Shown here one piece after another: positions 45,001-55,836 of a stretch of 64,000 nucleotides of DNA; position 1 is the first letter of the stretch, and every line of letters starts with the position of its first letter. Made by a program: the position numbers and the translations under genes. Source of the stretch: Carpediemonas membranifera BICM. Its lineage: Eukaryota > Protista > Fornicata. The DNA lies in NCBI GenBank assembly GCA_019828565.1, contig JAHDYR010000003.1, forward strand, positions 495,409-559,408, in the 5' to 3' direction. The notes below the pieces were generated by a model. It had not been told where the DNA came from. It made no database searches and was given only the letters and a program-made list of their open reading frames with translations.

Positions 45001-46669
45001 CTCTGGGGCAGGTGGGTCTGGGCCATATGTGGGGCTCGGTGTCCGACTCTCGCCGCCATCTCAAGCTGTATGGACGCTGCTGTGATGCGGTTGGCGAGCC
45101 TGCTGTCGTCACATTGATCCACATTGACGTGCCGGCGCCAGATTGCGTGGCCGCCATGGTGGAAGACCATCCCGCATTCTCTGCAGATGCGTGGTAACTC
45201 CTGGCACCCGCAGTATCTGCTAATCTGGTCCGCCGTCGCAGCCACCAGCAGGTGTCGGAGGTCCCTGCCGGTTGCGGCGTCTGGTACGCCCGGCAGGCGT
45301 ATGGGGCATGTCGCGGAGGTGAAGTCGGGCTCGTCATCGCTGGACCCCTCTGCCCCGCCTCCCGACAAGGACTCGTAGTCTTCGTCAGAGCCAAGGATGA
45401 AGGTTGGGGCCTCGGTGGCCGAGCCTGCAGCGTCTATCACCGTGGCCTCGGAGTCTGTCTCCTCACCTTCGCCGCCCCACGAGGACTCGTAATCCGACGT
45501 TGGGCTGGATGTGCGGGACATGCGGTGGAGGTCTGGCCTGGGCGATGGGGTCAGGAACGCCCCAAGCTCGACACGGGCTGCGTGTGCCTGGTCGCCCTCT
45601 GCTGCCCTCGATGTCAACCGGGCGACCGGGATGCCAACCGCCCGCGGAGCTCTTCGGCGGGGCGAGGGTGGGGTGTACGGGAGCTTGACCTTCCTCGCTC
45701 GGACCGGTCTCCGTGCTCGCTGAGCAGAGGCTGGTGCCTCTGCCGCTGGGCTTCCTGGCGCGCCATTGTTTCCCGCGGGCGTAAGTGCGGGCATGGGCGC
45801 GGGTGCGGGCGTGGACTCCGGCCTCCGGGCGGACTCCACCTGAGTCAGGCGGGCGAGGGTTACCTGCTCGAAGCCCGGGGGGATGGTGGGGGAGTCTGAG
45901 TCCCGCTTTGACTATTAAAGGAACAGTACTTACGACTCTTTACATCCTTCCCACTCGCCTGCCGGCTCCGACCGCCCCTCCCTCCTCGCGTACGACGCCG
46001 CTGGCCCACTTGGTTGGCCGCAAGCGCCTTGTTCTTGGCCTTCAGGCTCTCGATCTCAGCCTGGAGGGGCTTGCTCGTCTGCCTTTCGGCGGTGAGTAGC
46101 TCTTCGTCCCTAGCCTGCGCGGAGCGTAGGGAGTCGATGAACTGCGTAGCCTCGGGCATCTCGGCATGAACGAGCGCCGATAGACTGCTCGCGGCAGTCT
46201 TAGACTTGAGCTTCCCGCACATAAGGAGCATCATGTCGCCTCGTTGGCGGTCGTCGAGGGCAGGATCGCCACCGGTCAGAAGGTCGGTGACGAACCTTGT
46301 GTTAGCGGTACTGAGAGCGCCTCTGGGGATGGGGCGCATCTTTTGTACCTTCACGAACCTGTCCTGCACGCTAAGAGCTCTCGAGCGACTGATATTGTTA
46401 ACGACATTCTCAAATAGGTCAGAGATGTCGTTCATCAGGCCAGCGGCTCTGAGGCTTATCAGCGCTTTGTCGGTGAAGTTTCGCAGGGCATCAGCTGGCG
46501 GGTTGGAGAAGTACCGGCGCCTAGCGAGGAATATCTCAAGCTTGTCCGGTGAATAATCGTCACACGGGGCCCATCCTTCGGGAAGCGGTGCTGCTTCGGA
46601 TACTGGCCTGCTGTCGTTGGCATTCGTCTCGCCTTGCCCTCGCTGTGGTGAGTTTTCAATTCCACTCAT
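42010..46669 (-). mobile_element. Non-LTR retrotransposon with restriction-like endonuclease (CRE/R2-group); probably one long ORF broken at three homopolymers
   Basis: C2H2 (CRECG..H), PK.NGSLRPIG, ADFTNAFN, GTIQGDALGPLLF, AYLDD, EYLG, CPFC..HAMLC, RHD, RADI..IEVT. Termini not resolved. Confidence 0.92.
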
Positions 46670-47316
46670 TTTATGGGTGACAAGTTGAGTCGCGACTCGT
46701 AGCCACCACACAAACACAACAGAAAGATCGAGATGGGACAGACGAATCCGAAGCCTATGTTCAGCAATGAGGATTGCATTCTCCACGACTTAACTACCGA
46801 CGGCATTGGCGTTGGTGGATCCAACACTGGCGGCTGTGGCCACACTATGGACTATTAAATGCCCACCTGTAGCGAATTTGGCTGTACGAGAAGAGAATTC
46901 TCATGTTTGAAGCGGTATTTCCCTTCCCACGACATCTGGACGCGGAACAGTATCTGTATTCCAATCTCAGATTGTGGATGGCGATTTCCGGGATTGTCGG
47001 CCACATGGGACGAATGTCGCCACAGCATCGCGCCTTGTCGCCGCATCGCGCATCGGACTCCATGGGGATGATATTTGTGTGAGAGTATGCTTCATAGTGT
47101 TGTGAACTCTGAGGGGCCCGACAGACCGAGCACGGCCGCGGTGACCACGGGTGATCAGCTGGTCTGCGTGTGTCCGATCAGGACCTACTTGTACTGGTTG
47201 GTGATGGTCAACAGCTTGCTTTGGGTTTCTTGCGCTGATTGTTGACATCGTCACCAGACTGCATCCCAGGGGTTCAAGGGGTCCACAAAACCTCTTTACC
47301 AGCGCTGAACATTCCC

Positions 47317-48681
47317 CTACTTGCGGCAGGACCCCATGCACGACCCGCCCCGCATCATCGCCAGGAATCTCTGCCGCTGCATCTCCTTGACCTCGTCGGG
47401 GAGGTCGTCCTCGTCGAGATCAAAGTCGTCATCGTCCTCTTCCTTCTCTTCCTTGGGCTCCTCGGCCGTCTTCTCAATCTTGGGCTCGAACGGCTTGAAG
47501 TCGGTTGGGATGAGCTGTATCGTAGCATCATGCGACGAAATCACGACGTACTTCTTCCCGCGCCACTTGACGACCTGCATGCTGCTGATCTGCTTCGAGT
47601 CGTCCTCACCGCTGGCCATCGAACCCCGGACGGCCCCCTCGGACCTGACCTTGATGGCCTTGATCGGCTCTCCGGCCAGACTCCACTGCTTGATGACCCC
47701 GTCCCGGGAGGCCGTGTAAACGTGCCCGGCCTCCTGATCGATGCAAGTCCGGGTCACCCAGTCGTCGTGGACGAGGCCGTCGAGCTGCGGCATCGGGGCG
47801 GTTGCGAGGGCGGCCTTCATGGCAGCGACGCTCATGGAGTTGGGGTTCCAGCGGGTCGCATCCTCAGCGCCGGCGGACTTCTCCTCGACCCTGAAGGCCT
47901 CGGCAAAGGTGTCGCGGGGGTCGGTATCATCTTCCAGCAGGGCGATCACCCGCTCGATCGACCAGATCTTGGCGCTGTAGTCCGCCGAGGCTGACACGAG
48001 CATGCTTTCGTTCGCCGTGATGTGCCAGATCGTCGTCTCGTGGATGGGCTTCAGACCCCCCTCGACCTTGCGAGTGGTGGCGGCGATGAACTTGACCTCG
48101 ATGTCGGCTGGGGCGTCTGGAGTGAATGAGACGAGCCAGAGGATGATGCGGCGGTCCGACCCAGTGGAGAAGACGGCGTACGAGGCCTTGGTGGTGTGGG
48201 CCGTGCGGAGGGGGACCACCGCGATGGACTCGATGGACCTGGTGTGGCCCTCCTCCTCGGACTTGCCTCTGGTGGCGATGCACGTGCCCTCCTTGGTGTC
48301 CCACCACCGCAGCTCGGCGTCTGCCGAGGAAGTGACGAATACCCGGTCGCCCAAAGGGTGCAGGTCCTTGATGAAGTCGGTGTGACCGCGCATCGCCATG
48401 ATCTCATCGCCCGTAGACGCCTTCTGGACGACGATGGTGCGGTCCCACGAGGCCGAGACCATTTCATCCTTGACGGGGTTGAAGACGAGGTTGGTGATAG
48501 GGCCCTTGTGGTGCGTGTAGTACCGTTCGAATGTGGGCTCGGGGATGTTGATCTTGTCGTTCCAGTCCCAGTGGGAGATGGAGATCATGTTGGAGGCGTC
48601 ACCAGCGTATGTGGTGAATACCTGCGTCTCTGGGTTCACGTAGGATGTTGCAGTAAGAAACTTGGTTGCTCCTCTCAGCAT
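47317..48681 (-). CDS. WD40-repeat protein
   Basis: Multiple GH..SAS.D...WD repeats. Confidence 0.9.
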   Translation of the reverse strand: MLRGATKFLTATSYVNPETQVFTTYAGDASNMISISHWDWNDKINIPEPTFERYYTHHKGPITNLVFNPVKDEMVSASWDRTIVVQKASTGDEIMAMRGHTDFIKDLHPLGDRVFVTSSADAELRWWDTKEGTCIATRGKSEEEGHTRSIESIAVVPLRTAHTTKASYAVFSTGSDRRIILWLVSFTPDAPADIEVKFIAATTRKVEGGLKPIHETTIWHITANESMLVSASADYSAKIWSIERVIALLEDDTDPRDTFAEAFRVEEKSAGAEDATRWNPNSMSVAAMKAALATAPMPQLDGLVHDDWVTRTCIDQEAGHVYTASRDGVIKQWSLAGEPIKAIKVRSEGAVRGSMASGEDDSKQISSMQVVKWRGKKYVVISSHDATIQLIPTDFKPFEPKIEKTAEEPKEEKEEDDDDFDLDEDDLPDEVKEMQRQRFLAMMRGGSCMGSCRK

Positions 48682-48783
48682 TAGCTCAATTGTCAAACGA
48701 CAAGAAACTGCGAAATTCTCAAAGCGCGTCACAGTGACAGTTGGAGCTAGCGATAGTCTATGTCAAGTACTCTGTTTACTTCC

Positions 48784-50214
48784 CTAGAAGGGGATCTTGC
48801 TGGGGTCGATGACGGGCACGAACGCCTCGAGGGCTACGCCGTACTGGTCGCTCCGGCCCAGGGCTACGCGCACCAGACCGTCCTCGCGCCACACATTGCC
48901 CCAAGAGTTCTGGATCAGCCAGTAGGGCTCGCCAGATCCCTCGTCGATGCCCGCGCCAACCAGCAGCACCGCGTGGTCGAGCGTGTCCATGGTGCACTTG
49001 TCCCTGTTGCTCGCCACGCGGTCGTCCAGACGTGATTCGTAGAAACCCTCCTCCGCAGAGCAGATGGAGATGGAGACGGGGCCGCGGAAGAGCAGAGCAT
49101 GGAGCAGTGCGGCCTCGCTGCCACTCGGGATGACTTGGACGCCCCTGATGAGGCCGGGCGCGTAGCTGTGGGCGTGGGGGACGTCGTCCTCCTTGCACTG
49201 CTGCGTGCTGATGACGTAGGGGTACGCGCCGATGGTCGGGATGCGGGCCTTTGAGCCGATGAGGTCCTTGGCGACCGAGAGCGGGTAGCCCCCGTCACAG
49301 GAGGCGCTATGGCCGGAGGTGTCGCAGTCCATGAGCCACTGGGGGGAGGGCATCTTGTCGTTGTCGAGATCAGGCCGGTACTTACGGACCTGGGAGAAAA
49401 CGCCCTGCATGATGCCCCAAGCCCAGCAGGAGCCGCACGTGTCCTGGTTGCTCACAAGGGGTGTGTAGCTCGTGCGGCCCTTGGTGTAGTCCACGGCGAA
49501 TCCTCTCGGCCAAGCCTTGTCCATGTCGAAGTCGTCGGGCACCTCGTATTCTGTGACGAGCGGGTGGGAGAGGACTGCGGAGACGTCGGATGCCAGAGCC
49601 CGGCCGCCAGTGGGGGCGGTGGGGGCCTCGTTGGCTAGGGCGCTGCACTCGGCGGGGACGCTAAAGGCGGAGGCGGAGGCGGTGTGCCCTACGTTGGAGA
49701 AGATGTAAGTGTGGGCGAGACCGGTCGATAGGGCGGACATGCCGAGGGGCACCCGGGTGTCCTGGTCGATGTACAGCGTCCTGAACGAGGTGGATGTGAG
49801 CCAGCCCATGGTGTAGGCGGGGGTGTGCATGAACTGGCTCGTGCCCGTGTGCTCGAAGTTGGCAGATGTAGCGGTCATGCCTATCGTGTAGATGAACGCA
49901 CCAATCTGGCTAGCAGCAGCGGCAGAGCTCATCTTCTGGCATCTAGTTCCGGTGGCAAGCTCTTGCACGTAGTAAGAGTTCTCCGTGTCGCCCAAAATCG
50001 GGATGACGCGGGAGCCACCGCTGTTCCCAGTGTATGCAAACTTCTGCACACCGTCCTGAGTGATCATATCGACGGCAATCGGGCGGACCTGCAGAGGCGC
50101 GTTCTGGTCGACGAGCATGATGTCGAAATGGCACTCAGTACTACACGGATAGTTCACAGTGATGGTACACAGCGATAGCGCTACGAATAAAGCAACGAGC
50201 GCTGCTCTTATCAT
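48784..50214 (-). CDS. Secreted papain-family (C1A) cysteine protease
   Basis: Signal peptide, QDTCGSCWAW, SCDGG, LDHAVLLVG, WLIQNSWG. Confidence 0.95.
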   Translation of the reverse strand: MIRAALVALFVALSLCTITVNYPCSTECHFDIMLVDQNAPLQVRPIAVDMITQDGVQKFAYTGNSGGSRVIPILGDTENSYYVQELATGTRCQKMSSAAAASQIGAFIYTIGMTATSANFEHTGTSQFMHTPAYTMGWLTSTSFRTLYIDQDTRVPLGMSALSTGLAHTYIFSNVGHTASASAFSVPAECSALANEAPTAPTGGRALASDVSAVLSHPLVTEYEVPDDFDMDKAWPRGFAVDYTKGRTSYTPLVSNQDTCGSCWAWGIMQGVFSQVRKYRPDLDNDKMPSPQWLMDCDTSGHSASCDGGYPLSVAKDLIGSKARIPTIGAYPYVISTQQCKEDDVPHAHSYAPGLIRGVQVIPSGSEAALLHALLFRGPVSISICSAEEGFYESRLDDRVASNRDKCTMDTLDHAVLLVGAGIDEGSGEPYWLIQNSWGNVWREDGLVRVALGRSDQYGVALEAFVPVIDPSKIPF

Positions 50215-50404
50215 CGTTGCGATTGTGGCTAGGTTTTGTCCGCGGGCGTTGACTGTAGCCGAAAGCCGATAGAACGGCAGTCAGCCCGGAAGCCAGCCAG
50301 CAGGACCATACCATCCACCCCGACAGGCTCACCTAAGAGGAGTTTATTCTAATTCCGCCGATCGGCGAACCATCCACTCTATCAAGCATGCCATCACCCG
50401 CCCT

Positions 50405-51704
50405 TCACCGTACAGGGCGCGTCTGCTGAGCATATATGTCCAGCCGCGTCCTGTCGGCAGGGTCGTAGGTCATGCGGGGCAGCGGAGTCCAGTGCAGTTT
50501 AGCCTGGCTCACGAGCCTCTGCATGCGCTTCGGCCGCTTGTGAGGTAGGCAGACCATGACGCCCTTGCTCTCATCCCCCCTACTCCGCCTGCATATGCCC
50601 ATCGTCGCAAGAGTCTCAACGACATCTCTCTCTTGGATCTGGGTGGCAGTGCAGATGTCGTCGATGGTGACCTCCTCGACGTTGTTCGCGGGGTCGTAGA
50701 GGAACTGGAGGATGGCTGTCCGCCAGTATGACAGGAACGAGATCTTGCCCAGGTCGGACAGGGGCTTCTCGGGGCCACCGAACCGGCCCTCCCGCTTAGC
50801 TAGGGCGTACGAGAAGTCGATGAGGACCTTGCCGAAGCCCTTCTTCTGGTGCTGCGGCAGGGTAAGGATGCAGGCGAGGATGTTGCGGTACTCGGGGTCG
50901 AACGTCTTTGAGAAGAAGCCGACCGTCTGGCAGCCCATGGGGGTCGTCTCGGTGAGGCAGTAGAACAGGAAGAGGTCAGTGTCAACGACGACCTTCTTGT
51001 GGTCGAGGAACAGCTTGCAACAGAGACACAGGTTCCTACAGAACTGCTTCTGGACCCGGCCATCGACCTCGAAGAACGACAGGTTGCCCATGCGGTAGAT
51101 CTCGTCCCCCGGCGGGTGGTGGGCAGTGCATTTGGCGGCGTGCCGGGTGTATGACGTCTCGTCAAAGTGGTACCGGAAGCAGATGGGACATATCCACAAC
51201 GTGTCGACGCCCTTGGGGACATCCTGGTATGGGCTAGCGTACCACGTCTTGAGCTTGTGGGCTCCCATCACAATGTAGTCGATGATCTTCTCAAAGTCGT
51301 CGTGGGCATCCGCCGCAGCCACAGTGGATTGGCTCTGCTTGGTCTGCTTCGTCGAGCCCTTAATGGACTTCAGGGACTTGGCCGACTTGGTCGTCTTGGC
51401 TGCCGGTGTCTTGGGCGCGGGTGTCATTGTCTCGGTGGTATGCTTATGAAGCGGCGCTAGACAGTCTCTCGTGAGCCAAGTGTCCAGGCGCTTGTTAACT
51501 AAGTAATTATAAGGTTCAGGAGACACAAACATGCAACGTAACTCACGTAGAAACGCTCGATTCCATCATCGGTTCGCTTCTTCAGGATTATGACTTCTTC
51601 TGCATAATTTCGAGTGGAGAAGATCACAAACGCCAATCAAACTTGGAACCCTCAATCAGAAGGCCGTCAGCATGGCTACCGACAGGATACTCAGGGGCAT
51701 CCAT
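50405..51704 (-). CDS. MYST-family histone acetyltransferase (Esa1/MOF-like); two 32-nt introns (51499-51530, 51600-51631)
   Basis: TWYASPY, CPIC..H..C, FEVDG, LFLDHK, VGFFSK, QKKGFG, PEKPLSDLG. Splicing restores the Tudor-knot FYVSYVAFNKRLDTW. Confidence 0.93.
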
Positions 51705-51847
51705 TGCCTTGAGCAAATCTGACAAAACATTTCGGACTCATCAGGATGAATAATTATCCACAGCAACTCCCAGCTGTCTGTCTGAGTCAGCTCTGACGTA
51801 AATACGCGTTTTTGGTCAAAACTGGCAATACCGCACATTCGACGAAA

Positions 51848-53212
51848 ATGGAGGAACAAGACTTCGTCGAGGACATTGTGACGCATCAAATAGACGATGA
51901 GATGTCCAATCCACCAGAAATGGACATGGAGTACACAGCTGAGCAGCAGATTGAAGAACTGCTGGTCAAGCTCGAAGCTTCTGAGATGGAGAACTCCCAG
52001 CTTCGTTCCGAGATGGAGACGCTGACAGAGGATCGCCGCCACCTATCCACTGTCGTGGATGAGATGCAGAACGCCATGATTGAGATGGAAACGCTGTACA
52101 CAAATTCCCAGGACCTGGAAGACTTAAAGGAGGCACTCCAGTCCCGCGAGGACCACATCAAAGAGCTCGAAGGCACCCTGGACGACTGCTACCAGAAGAT
52201 CGGCGACCTGGAGTCTCAGCTGGCGGAGATCAACAAGGACGGCGACCGCGTTCAGGAGCTTGCCGCTGAGTACGAGGCCGTGCAGCGGAACCTGATGAGC
52301 ATCGCCGTTGAGACCGAGCGGCAGAGCACAGACGCCGCGCTGGCCCGGATCACCAAAGAGGTTGTTGCAGAGGCGACGTCAGCGGCAGAGGAGCGCATGG
52401 CGGCGGACGAGGACCTCCAGCGGGACATCCGGGAGGAGCACACGATCGTCCACACGTCCGTGGACGCGCTGTTCGACGAGAGCGGGACCCGCGCCCTCAC
52501 GCGTGAGCAGGTGATGGCGGCCCGGGCCGACCTGCAGCGGTACTCGGCGCTCATCCGGGCCGCCACGAAGCAGATCGGCCACGAGCAGAGCAGGCTAGCA
52601 GAGCTGGACAAAGCCCACGTTGCCGTCCAGGAGGGCATGCAGACAGTGTACGCCGAGTCCGTTGAGCGGCTGAGGGGCGATTTCGAGAAGCGCCTGGACG
52701 ACGCAAGGCACCACTATCTGGGCAAGCTCAACGAGGCCGAGGCTGCCGCGGAGCTTGCCCAGCTGAGGGCGAAGGAAGCGACGAGCCAGACGAGGACGGT
52801 GGTGGACGGCGTAGCGGAGGCCAAGGCGCAGATGAAGATGATCGAGGACGTGAGCATGGTCATCCGGACCGAGAACAACTGCATCATGCAGGGGCTGGGC
52901 ACCGTCGCCGGTCCCGTACCAGCGTCCATGTTCGGCAAGCTTCGCGGACCCGCCAGCGTGGGCAGGGGAAGCGGTAAGAAGATGCCGACACCGCCCGGTG
53001 AGGTCGAGCGGGCCTTGCGTGTAATGACCCGGCGACTGGAGGAGAACGGCTTTACCGTGCAGGTTAAGCACCTTCACGACGACCGGTGGCGCGTGGGTAA
53101 GAAGACGGTGATCTTGAAGCTAATGAACGGGGTGCTGAAGGTCTCCGTCGGCGGGGGTTGGGTGAGCCTGGTCGACCACATGCGGCATCACACAAAGGAC
53201 TATCTGCAGTAG
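51848..53212 (+). CDS. Coiled-coil protein with C-terminal GAS2/GAR microtubule-binding domain
   Basis: RWRVGKKTVILKLMNGVLKVSVGGGWVSL motif. Confidence 0.85.
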   Translation: MEEQDFVEDIVTHQIDDEMSNPPEMDMEYTAEQQIEELLVKLEASEMENSQLRSEMETLTEDRRHLSTVVDEMQNAMIEMETLYTNSQDLEDLKEALQSREDHIKELEGTLDDCYQKIGDLESQLAEINKDGDRVQELAAEYEAVQRNLMSIAVETERQSTDAALARITKEVVAEATSAAEERMAADEDLQRDIREEHTIVHTSVDALFDESGTRALTREQVMAARADLQRYSALIRAATKQIGHEQSRLAELDKAHVAVQEGMQTVYAESVERLRGDFEKRLDDARHHYLGKLNEAEAAAELAQLRAKEATSQTRTVVDGVAEAKAQMKMIEDVSMVIRTENNCIMQGLGTVAGPVPASMFGKLRGPASVGRGSGKKMPTPPGEVERALRVMTRRLEENGFTVQVKHLHDDRWRVGKKTVILKLMNGVLKVSVGGGWVSLVDHMRHHTKDYLQ

Positions 53213-53271
53213 TGTAAAGTAGACGTAGATGGAGCACGAAACGGCTGTTTAGAATATGAATAAAACGGGAC

Positions 53272-54795
53272 TCAGCGCATGACACGCGTCTCGATCCAGC
53301 CGACCTCCCCCGCGAAGATCGTCTCAGCCTTGACGGTGCCGAGGACGGGGACGCCAAGCTCGGAGCACTCCTTGATCATGGCATCGTTGGCCGCATTAGT
53401 CAGCAGGGCGCTGCCGCCCGACGCACTGGACGCCAGGAACACGGCCTCATTCAGGGCCCTCCCGAGGTGGTGGACGGTCAGACTCTGGGTGCCGCTCACC
53501 TGCCCGAGGAGGGGGCCGACACTCAGGCCGAGCGAGACCGCGATCTCGCTCTTGAGCATGCCGCCCTGCCGCAGCACCGTGAACAGTGTCCTCAGGAAGT
53601 GGCCGGTGAACGTCGCAGCGGCGAGGGCGGGGAACTCTGTGTCACAGGCGGGCTCGCCGTCGGCCTTCTTGATCTCGTCAGGCACCTTAGGCGGGGCGCA
53701 CGAGTCGATTACGGAGTCGAGCGTGTGGTCGTCGATGGCTGGGTCAGCCCCAGACTGTATGGCGTCGAGCTCCATCTGGAGGGACGTTGTGTATGAGGCC
53801 TCGGACATCTCGTCCAGCTTCTGCAGCTCGCCCACGGGGCTCTGGGAGAGGAGGTAGACATACTCCTGGTGCATGCCGATCACGGCGATGCGGTATCGGC
53901 TGCATATCGCGTCCAGCACCTTGATGGTCGACCTCAATATCGACACATATGCCGTCCGGGACCCCAGCTCGAATGAACTGCTGTACCGCTGGAGCGTCGC
54001 CTTGGATAGCTTGGGCATGGCCAGTCGGACGGCGATCACGGCCGCATTATCGGCCACCTCTGAGTGGGGAACGAGTGTGTTGAGGACAAGACGGACGTCA
54101 GTGCCCTCGATTTGGCTGGGCCGCACGAGGTCGTACGGGTCGACGGTGCGGTGCTTGCTCTTGCCGTCCCTGCCCTTGACCCGCACCAGATGGGCTGATG
54201 CGAGGATAGGCTGCAACATGGAGGGCGGCACGAGCAGGGAGAGCAGCTTCGTCTGCACCTTGTCGTTCGTCCGCTCGTAACGCTGCTGGATGAAGGAAAT
54301 GGCGGCCGCCTTGCTGACCCAGGCGCGCAGAATAAGTCCCGAGGCGTAAAGTGCGATTGGGACCATGGAGCAGACGAGGACATCCGCTGTGACGAGCCGC
54401 AGCTTGTCCGACCGGAGGATGTTGATGAAGTCGGCGATGACCGCCACGGGGACGGTGAATACGGGGGCGAGGACAGCCAGGGGCGACCCGGCGACGGCAC
54501 ATACAGTGAAAGAGACACACATGGCCATGGGGAGCGGCCACAGGACGGGGTGCAGGGTCGGGTCGGGGGTGGGGCTGCCCTTGAACTCGATGACGACGAG
54601 CACGAGGAAGGAGAGGAGGTGGCAGAGGACGAGGGCGGGCTGGAAGAGTGTGAAGAAGATGCCTGTCGTGCGGCGGAGGTACTGGGCGAGGATGATGTGG
54701 CGGTGCATGAAGGTGGACGACTTTGCCACGGCCATGCATGCCAGGGCAGCCACCATGCATGCGAAGAGGGCACACACACCGCACGCCCCGATGGC
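53272..54795 (-). CDS. Membrane adenylate/guanylate cyclase-like protein (degenerate catalytic domain), 5'-truncated
   Basis: TM helices, LLSLLVPP linker, LGLSVGPLLGQVSG...LGRALNEA. Confidence 0.7.
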   Translation of the reverse strand, partial: AIGACGVCALFACMVAALACMAVAKSSTFMHRHIILAQYLRRTTGIFFTLFQPALVLCHLLSFLVLVVIEFKGSPTPDPTLHPVLWPLPMAMCVSFTVCAVAGSPLAVLAPVFTVPVAVIADFINILRSDKLRLVTADVLVCSMVPIALYASGLILRAWVSKAAAISFIQQRYERTNDKVQTKLLSLLVPPSMLQPILASAHLVRVKGRDGKSKHRTVDPYDLVRPSQIEGTDVRLVLNTLVPHSEVADNAAVIAVRLAMPKLSKATLQRYSSSFELGSRTAYVSILRSTIKVLDAICSRYRIAVIGMHQEYVYLLSQSPVGELQKLDEMSEASYTTSLQMELDAIQSGADPAIDDHTLDSVIDSCAPPKVPDEIKKADGEPACDTEFPALAAATFTGHFLRTLFTVLRQGGMLKSEIAVSLGLSVGPLLGQVSGTQSLTVHHLGRALNEAVFLASSASGGSALLTNAANDAMIKECSELGVPVLGTVKAETIFAGEVGWIETRVMR

Positions 54796-54796
54796 G

Positions 54797-55182
54797 GTAT
54801 CAAGTCGTACAACTACGTCGGCGGGTACTTCGGCGCGTCCACCCCCGAGGCGTTCATGAACGAGCTCTACACCAACGGCCCCGTCGCCGTCTCCATCGCT
54901 GTTGACGACGCCTTCATCAACTACCGTTCGGGCATCTTCGGTGTTGACAAGGCCGAGTGGCGCCCCACCCCCGGCGTCGACACCTTCATCAAGACCGACC
55001 ACGTTGTCCTCATCGTCGGCTGGGGCACTGACCCCGACCACGGCCGTTTCTGGATCCTTCGCAATTCATGGGGCCGGCATAGTAGTGATTACCACGGCTA
55101 CTGGCACATCTGGGCCGAGGAGGACGTCCTTGGCGTCATCAGCATGCCTGTTGCCTTCGAGCCCGTCGTCGACTGGGAGTAA
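54797..55182 (+). pseudogene. C-terminal fragment of cathepsin C-like protease
   Basis: YNYVGGYFG, NGPVAVS, TDHVVLIVGWG, WILRNSWG; the catalytic Cys region is missing. Confidence 0.8.
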
Positions 55183-55836
55183 AGTACTGTGTTGATGTGG
55201 GCTTATATTCAGCGAGCGAAATAATCAAGAGAGGAGAGAGTTTACAGGGGCTCGAGTCGAGGTGTGGGAATTGATGTTGTTCTGTGTGAGAAGGAGAGAG
55301 GTGTTGGAGTCAGAAGAAAGTTAGGTAGCGCAAATTCTTCAACAGTGCACAGGCTGCGGACAAAACGCCACACAGCAAGCGACTCGGATAAATGCCTTTT
55401 TCATCATTCCAACCTGTGACAAACAGTATTTGTGTAATGGCGCGAAGGGAGAGATGGCGTGCTGTGTAATAAGAGAGGGTGTGCGGTTCAGAACAGGTAG
55501 CCGGTGTAATCATTCACAAAACCTAACCCGCAGAGCGATGAAAGGCAATGAATAAGGCAGTGGGTTATCCAGAACGGCATGCCACCTCCCGATTCACCAG
55601 TAAGACTCGTCATCAAGGCATCAGAACCACAAATGGACATACTTAGAGTTAGGGGCGTCGGTGGAGAGCTGAGTGTGGTTTTCATCATTCGTCTTCATTC
55701 GTTACTCGTGAGGAAACCTGCGCAACTGGTGAAAATGGCCAAACCCGACAACTGTGAAGTGCTCATTGTACTGACCGAAAGGGAGTGATAAAGCGGCCAG
55801 ACAGCTCATAATCAATTTACAATCCTCAGCGAGTGC

